64,000 nucleotides of DNA from the NCBI GenBank assembly GCA_965240325.2, contig OZ251229.1:124001-188000 (forward strand). The letters are read 5' to 3'. Shown here piece after piece: positions 44,301 to 55,006 of this stretch. Source of the stretch: Rebecca billardiae RCC1528 (taxonomy: Eukaryota > Protista > Haptophyta). The notes beneath the pieces are model-generated. The model made no database searches, had not been told where the DNA came from, and saw only the letters and a program-made list of their open reading frames with translations. Both the position numbers and the translations under genes were made by a program. Position 1 is the first letter of the stretch. Each line of letters begins with the position of its first letter.

Positions 44301-47235
44301 GGCGGGCGCGCCGGCGGGTGGCGGCGCGGGCGGCAGCGGAGGCGGCAGCGGAGGCGGCTCCTTCGAGCTGCCGCCGCTGCAGCTGCCCGCCTCGCCCGTG
44401 CTGGGCGGCCCGGCGGGCGGCGAGGGCGGCAGCGGCGGCGGCGGCGGCGGCGGCAACCTGGGTGCGCCCGGCGTGCCGCCGCCCTACCTCCTCGGCGGCC
44501 CCGCCGTTGCGGTGGTGTGCAAGGGGCAGGTCGTCGACTACAGGCTGCCGCTGCTCGGCGAGCCCGCGCCGTGCGACGCGCGCGCGTCGCGCTCGTCCGA
44601 GATTGTGAGCATCCCGACGGCGGCGTTCCAGCGGCTGCTCGAGGCGGACAGGGCGCTGTTCCGGCACACGCTGAGCCAGCTGTACGCCGGCGAGCAGGCG
44701 CAGGGCGCGGCGGGCGGCGGCGCCGGCCGCGGCGGCGCGGGGCCGGGCGCGCGCTCCGGCCCCGCGGGCGGCAAGGGGCGCACGCAGGGCATCTTCCTGT
44801 GGCCCGCCGTGCCGGCCGCCGCGCCGCGGCTGCGCGAGTTTGCGCTGCGGCTGCGAGCGGCGCTGCAGCCGTACGGGCGCACGCTCGTGCTCGACCGCGC
44901 GCTCGTCGAGCGCCGCTTCGCCGTCGACCTCTCCGACGGCCGCGAGCTCTCGCTCTTCCTCGACCACCTGGAGGAGCACTGCGCGCACCTGCTCTTCATC
45001 CCCGACGCGGAGGGGAGCGCGTGGTGGCGCGCGTGCGAGACGCACGCGGACGTGTCGTTCGGGGTCACGCTGGCGGAGGAGGAGGCGAGGCACCGCGCGG
45101 GCGCGGGCGGGGCGGGCGCGGGCCGCCCGTCCGAGCGGCTCAGCGCCGCCTCGCACGGCCGCGCGCCCAGGCTGCGCGGGCCCTCGGTGCCATTCGGCGC
45201 GCCGACGCAGCCGCAGCCGCCGACGCAGCCGCAGCCGACCGCGCAGCCGCCGCCCGCGCGCGGCGCCGCGGCGCTGCCGCCCGACGGCTCGGAGCGCGCG
45301 CTGCTCGAGCGCTCGCGCACGCTGGTGATCGTGCACGCGGACGCATCCACCCAGCCGAGCGGCACGGCGCACGCCCTCGCACGCCACGGCTGCGCCGCCC
45401 ACCGCCACCTGGTGTGGGACTGCGAGGCACACTACGCGCGGCTCGCGCGGCTGGCGACCGGCACTTCTGTCGGGGTGGCGCTCAGCGGAGGGGGCTCGCG
45501 CTGCGCCGCGCACATCGCGCTGCTGCAGGCGCTGCTCGGCGCGGGCGTGCCGATCGACTACGTGTGCGGCACGAGCGGCGGCGCCTTCATCGGCGCCGCC
45601 GCCGCCCGGCTGATCGGCACGGCCGCGCAGCCGCAGCTCGAGCAGCCGCCGCCCGCGGCCGCTTCCGGCGCGCACGCGGCCGCTTCCGGCGCGCACCGGC
45701 AGCCCGGCGCCGCGCCCGCGGCGGGCGCAAGCGACGGCGGCGGCGGCGGCGGTGGCGGCGGCCCCAGCCCGCGCGCCGCCGCGCGCGCCGCCGCCGCCCC
45801 CGCGTCCGCGGAGCACGACCTGCAGTCCCTGCGCGCGCTGTGGCTGCAGCTCTTCACTGGCGCGGGCTTTGCGCTCGACGTGCTGCGCAACCGGCGGAGG
45901 CTCTCGACCGGGCTGCTCTCGGGGGAGCGCGCGGTGGCGGCGCTGCGCGGGTACTACGGCGAGACGTGCATCGAGGACCTGTGGACGCCCTTCTTCTGCA
46001 ACTCCGTCAACCTCGCCGCGCCGGGCGAGACGTACTGGCACGCGCGCGGGCCGGTGTGGCAGGCGGTGCGCGCGAGCGGCTCTGTGCCCGGCTTGCTGCC
46101 AGCCGTGCGGCGCGCGCGCGCGGCCGGCGCGGACGCGGTGCTCATCGACGGCGGGCTGCTGAACAACATGCCCGCCGACATGCTGCGCCGCGTGCTCGGC
46201 GAGCGCGCCACCGTGATCGGCGCCAACGTCGGCGGCGACGGCTTCATGGCCACGCTCGGGCACGACGGGCGCGCGCCCGAGCCGCGCTGGGGCCACGCGC
46301 TGCCCGCGCGCAGCACGCGCGCGCGCGCGCCGCGCCGCTCGCAGCAGCCGCAGCCGCAGCCGCAGCCGCAGCCGCAGCCGCAGCCGCAGCCGCAGCCGCA
46401 GCCGCGGCCGCAGCTGCCGCGCCCCGCCGCGCCCGGCGGCCGCGCGTACGTCGCGCCCCTCCTCTCGCACGTCGTGATGGACATGATGGCCGTCGGCTCG
46501 AACGCGCACATCCGCGGCGCCCGCGCCGCGTGCGACTTTTTGCTCGAGGTGCGGACCGACGTGGCGCCGATGGACGCGGAGGCGATCGCGCCGGCCTTCT
46601 CCGCGGCGGTGCACGCGCGGATCGCGCGCGAGCTCGCGCTCTGGGCGCGCAGGACCTTCGCCTTCGACGAGGCCGAGGCGGGCACCTGCGTGCGCGCCGC
46701 GCCGAGAGAGCCCACCGTCGCGCACGTCGTCGCCGTGAGCAAGGCCGAGCTGCTGCGCGCGCGCAGGGCGGGCGGCGCGGCGCAGAGGCCGCTCGACGCG
46801 CTGGCGGGGGGCGGGGGCGCGACGGTGGCGGGGACGAACGGCAGCTCCTCCTCCTCCTCCGAGGACTCCTCCTCCGCGCCCGCCTCCACGCCGCCGCGCT
46901 CGCCACGACACACGCGAGCGGACGATGCGCCGCGCGATCGCACGCCCGGCCGCCGAGCTCCGGCGCGCGCCGATCGCTTGCCGCACGCCGCGCGCCGTGC
47001 GCCGCAGCAGCAGCCCGGCTCGCGCGGCGTGGCGAAGCCGGGCTCCTCGGGCAAGGCGCGCGGCGGTGCCGCCGGCGCGAGCCAGCTCGGCAGCGCCGTG
47101 CGCGCGATGCTCGGGCGCAGCTTTGGCTTTGCGCTGCTCCGGGGCACAGCCGCGCCGCGGGTCGCACCGCCCGCGCGCGGCGGCGGCGGACGCGGCGGAC
47201 GCGCGTTCGACGGCGTAATCTTGCCGTGCAACTGA
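41392..47235 (+). CDS. Cyclic-nucleotide-binding + patatin phospholipase (NTE/PNPLA6-7-like)
   Basis: cNMP repeats (LFERGTPADGLHLLLEG...IGE..FV..EARS; LYARGERVGAIHLVCSG); patatin LSGGGSRC, GTSGG, VRASG, DGG. Alternative ATG at 41299. Confidence 0.85.
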   Translation: MWPPADHSAFIRYICTGGRAEVRHYAHAVELRALHEEAAAHTAVVLVWTGAWQLELEGRAARRVGEGELLCGFAPFFAHVTGRAPSAAGGDERHMRALLDRATCTVAGGGSLLLVRASDFAEDLHDTPAAMGCLLHLLRASTAGAAHLKACLFADAAHPIATAAEPPAPAAHDGAEEASARAAHALARAMRLDGGAAAAPSAVAQAPAEDGAERPLGEELIDAPVLLARGRGALYLSAGSARVRAFPPQRPQHARQSAHHYFLADTPALLQEEEEAAAAADGGAEDDAPVPSASGSRAGACTYGPAELVGADALLHGLPIGASIEPAHGVARALWVRPADVEALAAHAPARAARLAALLDDSARAAFARLGFDYLLRPRDALSRLGTARSAELVRLPRGALLFERGTPADGLHLLLEGTLDVLSAAHDAAGRAVVTDTVSSDPFASVHPVIGEISFVSGEARSRALRGATACTLVWVSAACAWALLQSHPAQMKRLIFKSFMPRVKIMYVLSRLLPTSSDLFAPRPLAEGEGEGDEAEEGAAGAAGAAGVLGSGTLPRRLQLMSGRGLPTPPRRRRVLGGAPSPAHSPARPRRFQTSAAAAAGSPPSAHGWACASPHPSHPDVRPRFDAPDEPPGGGVPALPAPSPSPLTRSALAAASHAGSETQRSVGFSARSTLGAGAGTPAAGARAFARFGAGGGLGGRAAEGGGGGAAAAPAGGRRGRARRHIARLLRRARTLLVWARAALHAQLAQRLTRVSAPALHALADGFGLVLYRPGARVHERGAPCDAMRCVLQGALSLYAAGEAELPGADDGGGGGAVPEPVAYASPGALHDIGAVLFPGHDHVFSARAASAPAPPELARARSGASSAAAGGRARSSLSSACVLASLSAEAYRRLAGALPALELALLRELVRMHRSTFALLADFEMRTLAPGELLYARGERVGAIHLVCSGRVEKRPPVGEAAEAEEAAAGAPAGGGAGGSGGGSGGGSFELPPLQLPASPVLGGPAGGEGGSGGGGGGGNLGAPGVPPPYLLGGPAVAVVCKGQVVDYRLPLLGEPAPCDARASRSSEIVSIPTAAFQRLLEADRALFRHTLSQLYAGEQAQGAAGGGAGRGGAGPGARSGPAGGKGRTQGIFLWPAVPAAAPRLREFALRLRAALQPYGRTLVLDRALVERRFAVDLSDGRELSLFLDHLEEHCAHLLFIPDAEGSAWWRACETHADVSFGVTLAEEEARHRAGAGGAGAGRPSERLSAASHGRAPRLRGPSVPFGAPTQPQPPTQPQPTAQPPPARGAAALPPDGSERALLERSRTLVIVHADASTQPSGTAHALARHGCAAHRHLVWDCEAHYARLARLATGTSVGVALSGGGSRCAAHIALLQALLGAGVPIDYVCGTSGGAFIGAAAARLIGTAAQPQLEQPPPAAASGAHAAASGAHRQPGAAPAAGASDGGGGGGGGGPSPRAAARAAAAPASAEHDLQSLRALWLQLFTGAGFALDVLRNRRRLSTGLLSGERAVAALRGYYGETCIEDLWTPFFCNSVNLAAPGETYWHARGPVWQAVRASGSVPGLLPAVRRARAAGADAVLIDGGLLNNMPADMLRRVLGERATVIGANVGGDGFMATLGHDGRAPEPRWGHALPARSTRARAPRRSQQPQPQPQPQPQPQPQPQPQPRPQLPRPAAPGGRAYVAPLLSHVVMDMMAVGSNAHIRGARAACDFLLEVRTDVAPMDAEAIAPAFSAAVHARIARELALWARRTFAFDEAEAGTCVRAAPREPTVAHVVAVSKAELLRARRAGGAAQRPLDALAGGGGATVAGTNGSSSSSSEDSSSAPASTPPRSPRHTRADDAPRDRTPGRRAPARADRLPHAARRAPQQQPGSRGVAKPGSSGKARGGAAGASQLGSAVRAMLGRSFGFALLRGTAAPRVAPPARGGGGRGGRAFDGVILPCN

Positions 47236-48560
47236 GCAGAGGGCGGCCGCCGCGCAGCAGCAGCAGGAATGGCGCTGCGTGCGAGCACTTGCAATGAAGT
47301 GCGCATCTGCTGATGATATTACACCGGCACACACTACACATGCAGCATATCGATCATCAATATCATGCATGACAGACCGCGACGACTTCGCGTACTACTA
47401 CTATAGTATAGTAGTGACTGCTGTTGGTTGGGGGGCCCGCGGTGACGATGCTGCTGCTGCTGCATGATGATGATATACGCGCGTACACATGTCGGGCCGA
47501 TCGGACCATGGACCGACCGATGATTTCTGCCGGCGGTCGCTCTCCGCGAGCTGCTCGATCAGACCGCCCGCGCCGCTCGACTGCCGCCGCGCGCGGTAGT
47601 CGACCACTGGTTCGTCAGACTCGACAGACACAGAGCAGTAGACAGGCAGCACGCCCGGGCATTCGGCGCGACGTCCAGGCGTGCTGTCGGCAGCAGCTGA
47701 CGCGGACGACGCAGTCAGAGTCGGGCCCGGAGTGGCCTGAGGGCGCTCCTCGGGCCGCTCTCCGCACGGAGACTGCCGCAGCACTGGCTGACCAGGCGGA
47801 TATGGACCGTGTGCCGTGCCCGTGCTGCACGACGAGACCTGTCATCTGCGCGCGCAGCTAGTCCACGACTGCGCGCGGCGCGGGCGCGGATGCCGGCGTG
47901 CTGGCGAGGTGAGCAGGGCGCAACGCCGAGGGCGAGACCGACGGCTGCAGACCCAGCCACCACTGCCCACCGGCGGGGCGCGCAACGCATCATGATCATC
48001 ATGACACTGAGCAGTAGTGGCTTGCTGGCTGCCCTTATTGCCCCGGCCTTGTCGGTCGCAGCATCAAGGCCGCGCCGGTCTCTAGCTAGACTCTACTCGT
48101 ACCACGGAGACGACCGGGAGTCAGTGCCAGTGGGAGTCGGGGGCGGAAGGCTAGACGCATTGATGCGGCACTGCGGGCGGGGCGCGCGTGACCAAGGGCA
48201 CTGCGTGACCGAACGTCATCGTCGCGTCGCGGCAAGCAGACGACGAGATATCATCGCGTCAGCCTGCGCGCGCAGCAAATATCCGCCATCGCGTACTCGT
48301 CAGCATATCATCATTGGGTTCATCAGTCCGGCGTCTGCAGAGTGCAGCAGATAGACTGCAGTGAGGCACGTCGTCGGTCTCGACTGACGGCCTCACACGC
48401 GGTGATATGAACATGACGAGTGGCGCGCGCGCATAAAACGCGGCGTTCGCGGCGGTGGCGCGGGTATATATATACTACAGTATATCATCGCGTCGTCAGC
48501 AGCAGCGCCCGACGAAGGCCGACGATTAAGCAGACTATAATATGTCGTCAGCGGCGCCAT

Positions 48561-48682
48561 ATGTGTGTGTGTGTGTGTGATGTGTGCTGTGTGTGTGTGT
48601 GTGTGTATGTGTGTGTGTGTGTGTGTGCGTATGTATATGTATATATACATACATACATACATACATACATACATACATACAT

Positions 48683-48752
<70 letters not shown>
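48561..48752. repeat. Compound microsatellite (TG)n-(TACA)n-(CA)n-(TA)n
   Basis: Visible runs; the TG and CA arms are mutually complementary. Confidence 0.92.
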
Positions 48753-48753
<1 letters not shown>

Positions 48754-49072
48754 GTTATCATCGCGATATATCTCTGCGCGCGCTGATCGCCCGTGTCGTC
48801 GTCCGCCACGGTGTCGTCCGCCACGGTCCGTGTCGTCCGCCACGGTGTCGGCGCGGGCCGTGAGCGGTGGCGTGACGGTGAGAGGCCCGCGTCCGCGGTC
48901 TTATAGACAGACAGTTAGACTGCTACGACTACGACTTATTATTATTTCGGGCCCTAATTAGGCCGCCGGCTGATGCTGCTGGTGGTGCGCTACTATATAT
49001 ATGATGGCTAGCAGTCGTCATCAGCATCATCAATCAGCAACTACGAGTATCTATATCGTCGTCATATCGTCC

Positions 49073-52000
49073 TCACGGCGCCGCGCGGCGCTCCGTGCTC
49101 GCGCCCTCCTCCGGGCAGCCGTCGCTGCAGCGCCGCGTCGCCGGGCCCTGCGAGGGCAGCGAGGGCGCGGAGCTCGTGTTGAAGGAGGCGGAGAGGCTGC
49201 TGCCCGGCGTGATGGCCGAGGACGACGAGCCCGCGCCGGCGCCCCCCGCCTCGGCGGCGCGCGGCGCGGGCGCTGCTGCGGCGGCGGCGCTGCCAACGCC
49301 GCCGGGCGAGCGGCGCGGCGCGCGCGCGCCGTCCGCGCCCTCGGCGGCCTTGGCCGCCGCCGCGCCGCACGCGGACGGCCGTCGGCTCGGCGCGGCGCGC
49401 ATCGAGCCGCCGAGCGAGCCCGCGCCCGCGGCGCCGGCGGCGCCGGCGGCGCCGGCCGGCACGTCCGCCGCCGGCGCCGCCTCGCGCCAGCGCGCGCGCG
49501 CCGCCCTCGTCTCCGCGTGCACGAGCGGGTAGTAGGCGCGCACGCGGTCGTTGAAGCGCGAGACGGTCGCGAGCTCGACCGCGAGCTCGATGCGCATCTG
49601 GTCCTCTGCGCGCGTCGCCTTGCAGTACATGACGTGGAAGGCGTCGAAGGAGGCGACGATCCGCTCGAGCGCAGCGCAGTCGCCGGGCGCGGCGACGCAG
49701 ACCACGTCCACGTCCTCCAGCCTGCCGCCCATCGCGCACCAGCAGAAGAGCTCGACGACGCACCACAGCCGGTCGACCAGCGTGGGCCCGCAGAGCAGCA
49801 GCAGCTTGGTGCACTTGGTCAGGTAGACGGGCATGTGCTGCAGCAGCTGGTGTGGCCGCAGCCGCGGGTCGGCGCAGCACGCGTCAAGCCAGACCGACGG
49901 CGCCACGCCCGTCTCCTTCTCGATCGCCCGCGCCCACTCGGTGAGCGCCGCGCCCTTGGCGTCCGCGTCGTCCTCCCAGCTGTGGCACACGTAGTAGTCC
50001 GCGCACGAGGAGACGGAGAAGGGCGAGGGCGGCGCGGAGGCGTCGGCCGCCCACCCGCCGCCGCCGCCGCCGTCGCCGCCCTCCGCCTCCGCCTCCGCCT
50101 CCGCCGCCGCCGCCGCGTCGCGCAGCCCGGCGCCGCCGGAGCCGTCGGCGCCGTGCGCGCCCCGCGCCGAGTCCGCCGCCTCCCGCCGCTCGGACGGCGG
50201 CCCCGACCCCGCGCCGCGCCCGGACTCTGCCCCGGACTCTGCGCCCTCGCCGTTCACGACGATGGGCGGCGGCGCGGCGCGCTTGGCCGGCCTCGAGCTG
50301 GGCTCGCGGCTGCGCGGCGCGGGGGGCTCGGCGGCGGGCGCGCCGGCGGGCGCTGGCCGCGGCGGCGCGGGCGGCTCGGGCTCGGCGCGCGGCGCGCCCG
50401 CCGCGGCGTGCGCCGCCGCGGCGCGCACCACGGCCGCCGCCGCCGGCGGCGCGGCGGCGGCGGCTGCGGCGGCGGCTGCGGCGAGCGCGGCGCCGGCCGC
50501 CTCGGCCGCCGCCGCGACCGCGGCGACGGGCGAGGGCGGCTGCTTGGGCGCCCAGCGCGCCGCGCCCGCCGCGCCGTACGCGGGCGGCCCCTGCTGCTGC
50601 TGCCAGTGCGGCGTGTGCGGCGGCGCCACGCCCGAGCGCGCCATCGGCCGCTCGGCGCTCGGCTGCAGCATCCGCGCCGCCTTGCGCCGCCCTCGATCGT
50701 CCAGCCGCACCGCAACAAACGTGCGGCTCGCCTCGGCGTAGAGGGCCTCGGGCTCGACCTCGCCGCTGGAGGCGCAGCCGTAGCCGATGAGCGGCGCGAG
50801 CGGCGCGTACGTGCCCATCGAGCCCGTCGCGCGCGCCAGCGCCGCGTGCACGCGCTGCCTCGACAGCGGCCCGAGCAGCAGCGCCCCGAGCGCAAGGGCA
50901 AACCCGCCCACGAGCGCGTGAGTGCTCAGCGCGCCGCCGCCGACCGCGGCCGCGGGCTGCTCGGCGCAGAGCGGCGGCGGCGGCGGCGGCGCGGCGGCGG
51001 CGGCGGCGGTGCCGTCCGCGTCCGCCGGCGCGGGCGCGGCGTGCGGCCCCGCGACGAGCACCGCCGCGCAGCACAGCAGCGAGCACGTGCCGAGCTGCAG
51101 AGCCGTCGCCCCGATCAGCTGCCACGCGCCGTCCAGCAGTCGAGGCCCGTGGTGCCACGCGCGCACGAGGCGCAGCAGCGCGACGGCGGCGATCAGCGGC
51201 GACCAGAGCGCGCCGAGCGCGGCGGCGGGGGCGCACGGCGCGGCGGCCGCGTCGACGCCGCCGCCCGTGAGCCAGCGCACGGCAGGCCCGAGCGGCGGCG
51301 GCGGCGGGTGCGCGGCCGAGCCGGCGGCGGCGGCGGCGGCGGCGGCGGCCGCGTCGGGCGCGCACGGCGCATGCAGCAGCTCGATGGCGCCGAGCAGCAG
51401 CGCGAGCGGCGAGGGCGCGAGGCGCGCGACGGCGCGCACGCCCAGCACCCGCCCCAGGTGCCGCGCCGACGCGAGCGCGCTCGCCGCCGTCAGCGCGGAC
51501 GCCAGCAGCCGCGTCTGCGCGATCGCGGAGCGGCTCGGCTGCACGCTCAGCAGCAGCGCGGGCGCGGACAGCAGACACAGGAGGACCCACAGGGAGAGGC
51601 GCGAGGCGGGGGCCTCGAGCCAGAGGGAGACGGCGCCGGCGAGCGCGCGGAGCGCGCGCACGCCGCGCCCGCCCGCCGCGCCGCCCGCCGCCTCCGCCGC
51701 GCCCGCCGCCGCCGCCGCGCCGAGCGCGTCCGCGCCGCCGCCGCCGCCGCCGCCGCTACGCGTCTGCAGCCGGTGCTCGACCGCGATGCCGCCGACCGCG
51801 GCGACGCAGAGCGCGGCGCTGACGGCGCCGACGCCCTGCAGCACGCGGCGCTGGTGGCCGCGCGCCTCGTCCATCGCGCGCACCAGCCTGCGCACGATGT
51901 TCGCCTCGAGCGTCCGGTCGAAGTCGAACGAGAACGTCTTGCGCAGCGCGCCGCGCCGCGCGCCACCCTCCGGCTCGGCCGCGCCGGGCGCGTGCGCGGC

Positions 52001-52294
52001 CGCGTCGCCGTCGAAGCAGAGCGAGGCGTCCATCGTGGAGCGGAGGCGGAGGGTGGGCGGGCGGCGCGAGGCGGCGCCGCGCGGCGCGCCGCCGAGCGCC
52101 TCGGGCGCCTCCGCCGCCGCGCCGCCGCCGCCGCCGCCGCCGAGCGCCGCCGCGCCGCCGTTGAGGCCGGCGGCGGCCGCGGCGCCGCGCGTCGCTCGCA
52201 TCGGCCGCGGCGACGAGTTGACGGACGGCGCGGCGCTGCCGGCGGTGCTGCCGCCGCCGCCGGCGGCGCCGCCGGCGCTCGAGCCGCCGGGCGA

Positions 52295-52326
<32 letters not shown>

Positions 52327-54128
52327 CCACGCCGTCCGCGAACGACTTCTCCGCCCTGCGCCTCGAGAGCGGCGAGCGCGTCTGCTCGGGCGGAGGCACG
52401 TTGGCGGACGCCAGCACGACCTCGTGGTAGGTCTCGCGCAGCAGCCGCAGCACGTGGTTGCCCGAGATCTTGTGCTCGGGGCGGAGGAGGAGGCGGTGGG
52501 AGACGCCGTTGTGCGTCACCGTCTCGCACTTCACGAAGAGGGACGACGTGAGCGGCAGCGCCGTCATCAGCGCCAGCACTGCGGGGCGGCGCGCGGCGCG
52601 CGCGCGCGCGTCAGCGCGAGGCCGCGGCGGCGGTGCGGCGGGCGCGCGGCGCGCGGCGCGCGGCGCGCGGCGCGCGGCGCGCGCTGTGCGCACCGTCGTA
52701 CGGCTTGACGAAGCCGTTGAGGTGCGTGACGATGTCGTCCTGCGCGCCCAGCTGCGCGTACTCCGCCGCCTCAAACTCCTCCGCGTCCACGCCGCAGAAG
52801 GTCTCAAAGTACCACTGCTTGGTGCAGCGCGCGGGCAGCTTGCCCTCGCACAGCTTGAGCCACAGCCCCTCCAGCCCGAGGAACTGCGCGTCCGCCAGGT
52901 AGCGCATCACGACGCACTCGGTGCGCTCGGCGAAGGAGCGCGCGAGCTGCGGGCGCGCCGCGCGGGCGCGGGCGCGGGCGCGGGCGCGCGCGGCGTGGCG
53001 TGAGCGCGGGCGCGGGCGCGGCGTGCGGGCTGCGCTGCGCGGCGCGGCGGCGGCGCGGCGTCGAGCGCGCGCGCGCGGCGGCGCGCGCGCGCAGCACCTG
53101 CATGGGCAGCATGGGCACGGCGTGGCGGCTGATCACCGTCATCGGCACGCCCTTGTCGAAGCAGAAGGCGTAGACGGCCGCCGCCGCCGCCTCGTCAAAG
53201 CCTGCGCCACGGCCGCACGGACGGGCGGAGGAGCGCGCGGCGGCGGCGGCGGCCGCGGCAACGGTGAGCGGCGCGCGGCGCGCGGCGCTGCGGGCCGCGG
53301 CGCGCGCGCTCGGTCGCGCGGCGCGAGGTGGGCGCGGCGCGCGCGCTCGCCGTTGTTCACCGCCGCGTCGGGCACCCATCCGAACTCCGACGCCTCGTCG
53401 CGCTCCAGCCCGCCCATCACGGTGACGGAGGCGGTGCGGTCCAACACGAGCGCCGGGTGCGAGGCGATCACGTCCGCCACGTCGCGGAGGGAGGAGATGA
53501 GGACGAAGGTGATCGACTTGGGCGCGGCGTCCTCGAGCGTGGAGAGCAGCAGCTCCGCCCCGTCGTGCAGCCGCTCCTCGTCCACCTCCTCGAACCCCTC
53601 CAGCCGATACTCGTGCGGCTGCGGTCGCTGCTCGTCGCCCGCGCTCCCGATCCCGACCGGGACGTCTCGCTCGCCGACGTGGTCGAGGACGCAGCGGGCG
53701 AGGCGCGCGCGCGCGGCGGGGTCGCCGCCGCCGTTGGCGATCACGGCGCGCAGGAAGATGCGCTCCTGCTGGTGCAGCGTCGCCGCCACCAGCAGCGCTG
53801 CACGCGCGCGGCGCCGGCGGCACGGCGCGAGCCGCCCGCACGGAGCGCGCTCGATCAGCGCGCCGAGCGCGTGCGCGGAGAGGCGGGGCGCGCACGGCGC
53901 GCCGCACGCAGCGAGCGGCGCGCGCGCATCGGCCCGCGCGCACCCAGCCCACACCGCGCCCGCGCCCGCGCGCGCGCGCGGCGCCGGCCGCGCGCGGCTC
54001 GCGCTGTGCGCACCTTTCACGTCATCCGGGTCCGGGCCCGGGTCGGTGACAATGACGAAGCCGAGCGACTGCGTCCGGCGCGGGGCGCGGCGGAGCAGCC
54101 GCAACGGCTGGGAGCCGAGATGCAGCAT
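49073..54128 (-). CDS. Nucleoside-hydrolase-like (XopQ/HopQ1-type) + multi-TM + TIR/HET-like fusion, about 1474 aa (exons 54128-54014, 53797-53351, 53201-53098, 52946-52694, 52578-49073)
   Basis: All four junctions are phase-compatible (4425 nt total). N-terminus IVTDPGPDPDDVKAL, VPVGIG, VMGG, NNGFDEAAA, PYD; TM block; C-terminus YVCHSWEDD...VWLD...PVYL..C...RLWCVVEL. Confidence 0.8.
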
Positions 54129-55006
54129 CCGCGACCCGGCGGGCCGCCGCGCAGAGGCCCCCTCGCCTCGGCGCCTGCCTTGCGGGGGCAGCTGGCTTGC
54201 TGCTTGCACACTTGCTGCTGCCCTGCTTGATGTGGCCCGCCGCCACCAAAGCAGCTCGCGAGCTCGTCGCTGGTTCGTCACTGCCCAGCAAGTTGCTGCC
54301 AGATTTCTGTTCGGTCCGGGTTCCGCTCTCGTGCTGTTTGGTGGGCGCAGACGCGGGCGAGCCAATCGGCGCCTTGCTGATTACTGCACGCGGACCGCGC
54401 TGGCGCGCTGTTGCGGGTACAGCGGGTACGGTGTCGTCAGTCTGCGCCAGTAGATATGGCTCTATCATAACGCCTGAAACTTCTCTGACGAATTCGCCGC
54501 CCAGCGTGTCGCTTCGGCGAGTAACTGAATAATCGCTGCGGAAGTGCGGATATCCGCCTTTCCTTTCTTTCGGTGTGGGCTTTCGTCCAAGCAAGGCGTC
54601 CAACGAGCCGCAGCGGTCTAATCACCGCGCCGCGCCGGGCCACCAGACCTGCAGACCATTAGTAGCCCTCTTTGGCGTGCGGCGAGCGCAGCGCGGGCAA
54701 GGCGTTCCGGCCCGATGCCGGTCCATGCCCATGGCTGCGCGCACACGGAAGGCCCTTCCCCGCTGCGCCTCGCCCACGCCTCGAGTGCAGCAGGGCCGTC
54801 AGACCCAGGGCCAGGCCGGGCGCGCGCTGAGGCTGCGCGCGCGGTCGGCGGTGCGCGCCTGCACCCGGCCACCCGCGCTCGGGCAGGCGCGCCGGCGGGC
54901 GGCGCTCGCGCCCGGCCTCCGCCACGCGTCCAGCCACGGCCCCGCCGCCGCATCGAGCGCGCGCCGCGCGCGCGGCCGCGCCGCTCACCCCGGCCTGCGC
55001 GGCGCG

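Noticed and set aside
41272-47370. 2032-aa minus-strand ORF and similar long antisense or alternate-frame ORFs (12791-15760, 27036-29906, 49001-52708)
   Set aside because: Arg/Ala/Gly-rich shadows caused by extreme GC content, overlapping motif-bearing genes.
48393-48863. ORFs over the microsatellite
   Set aside because: Translations of simple repeats.
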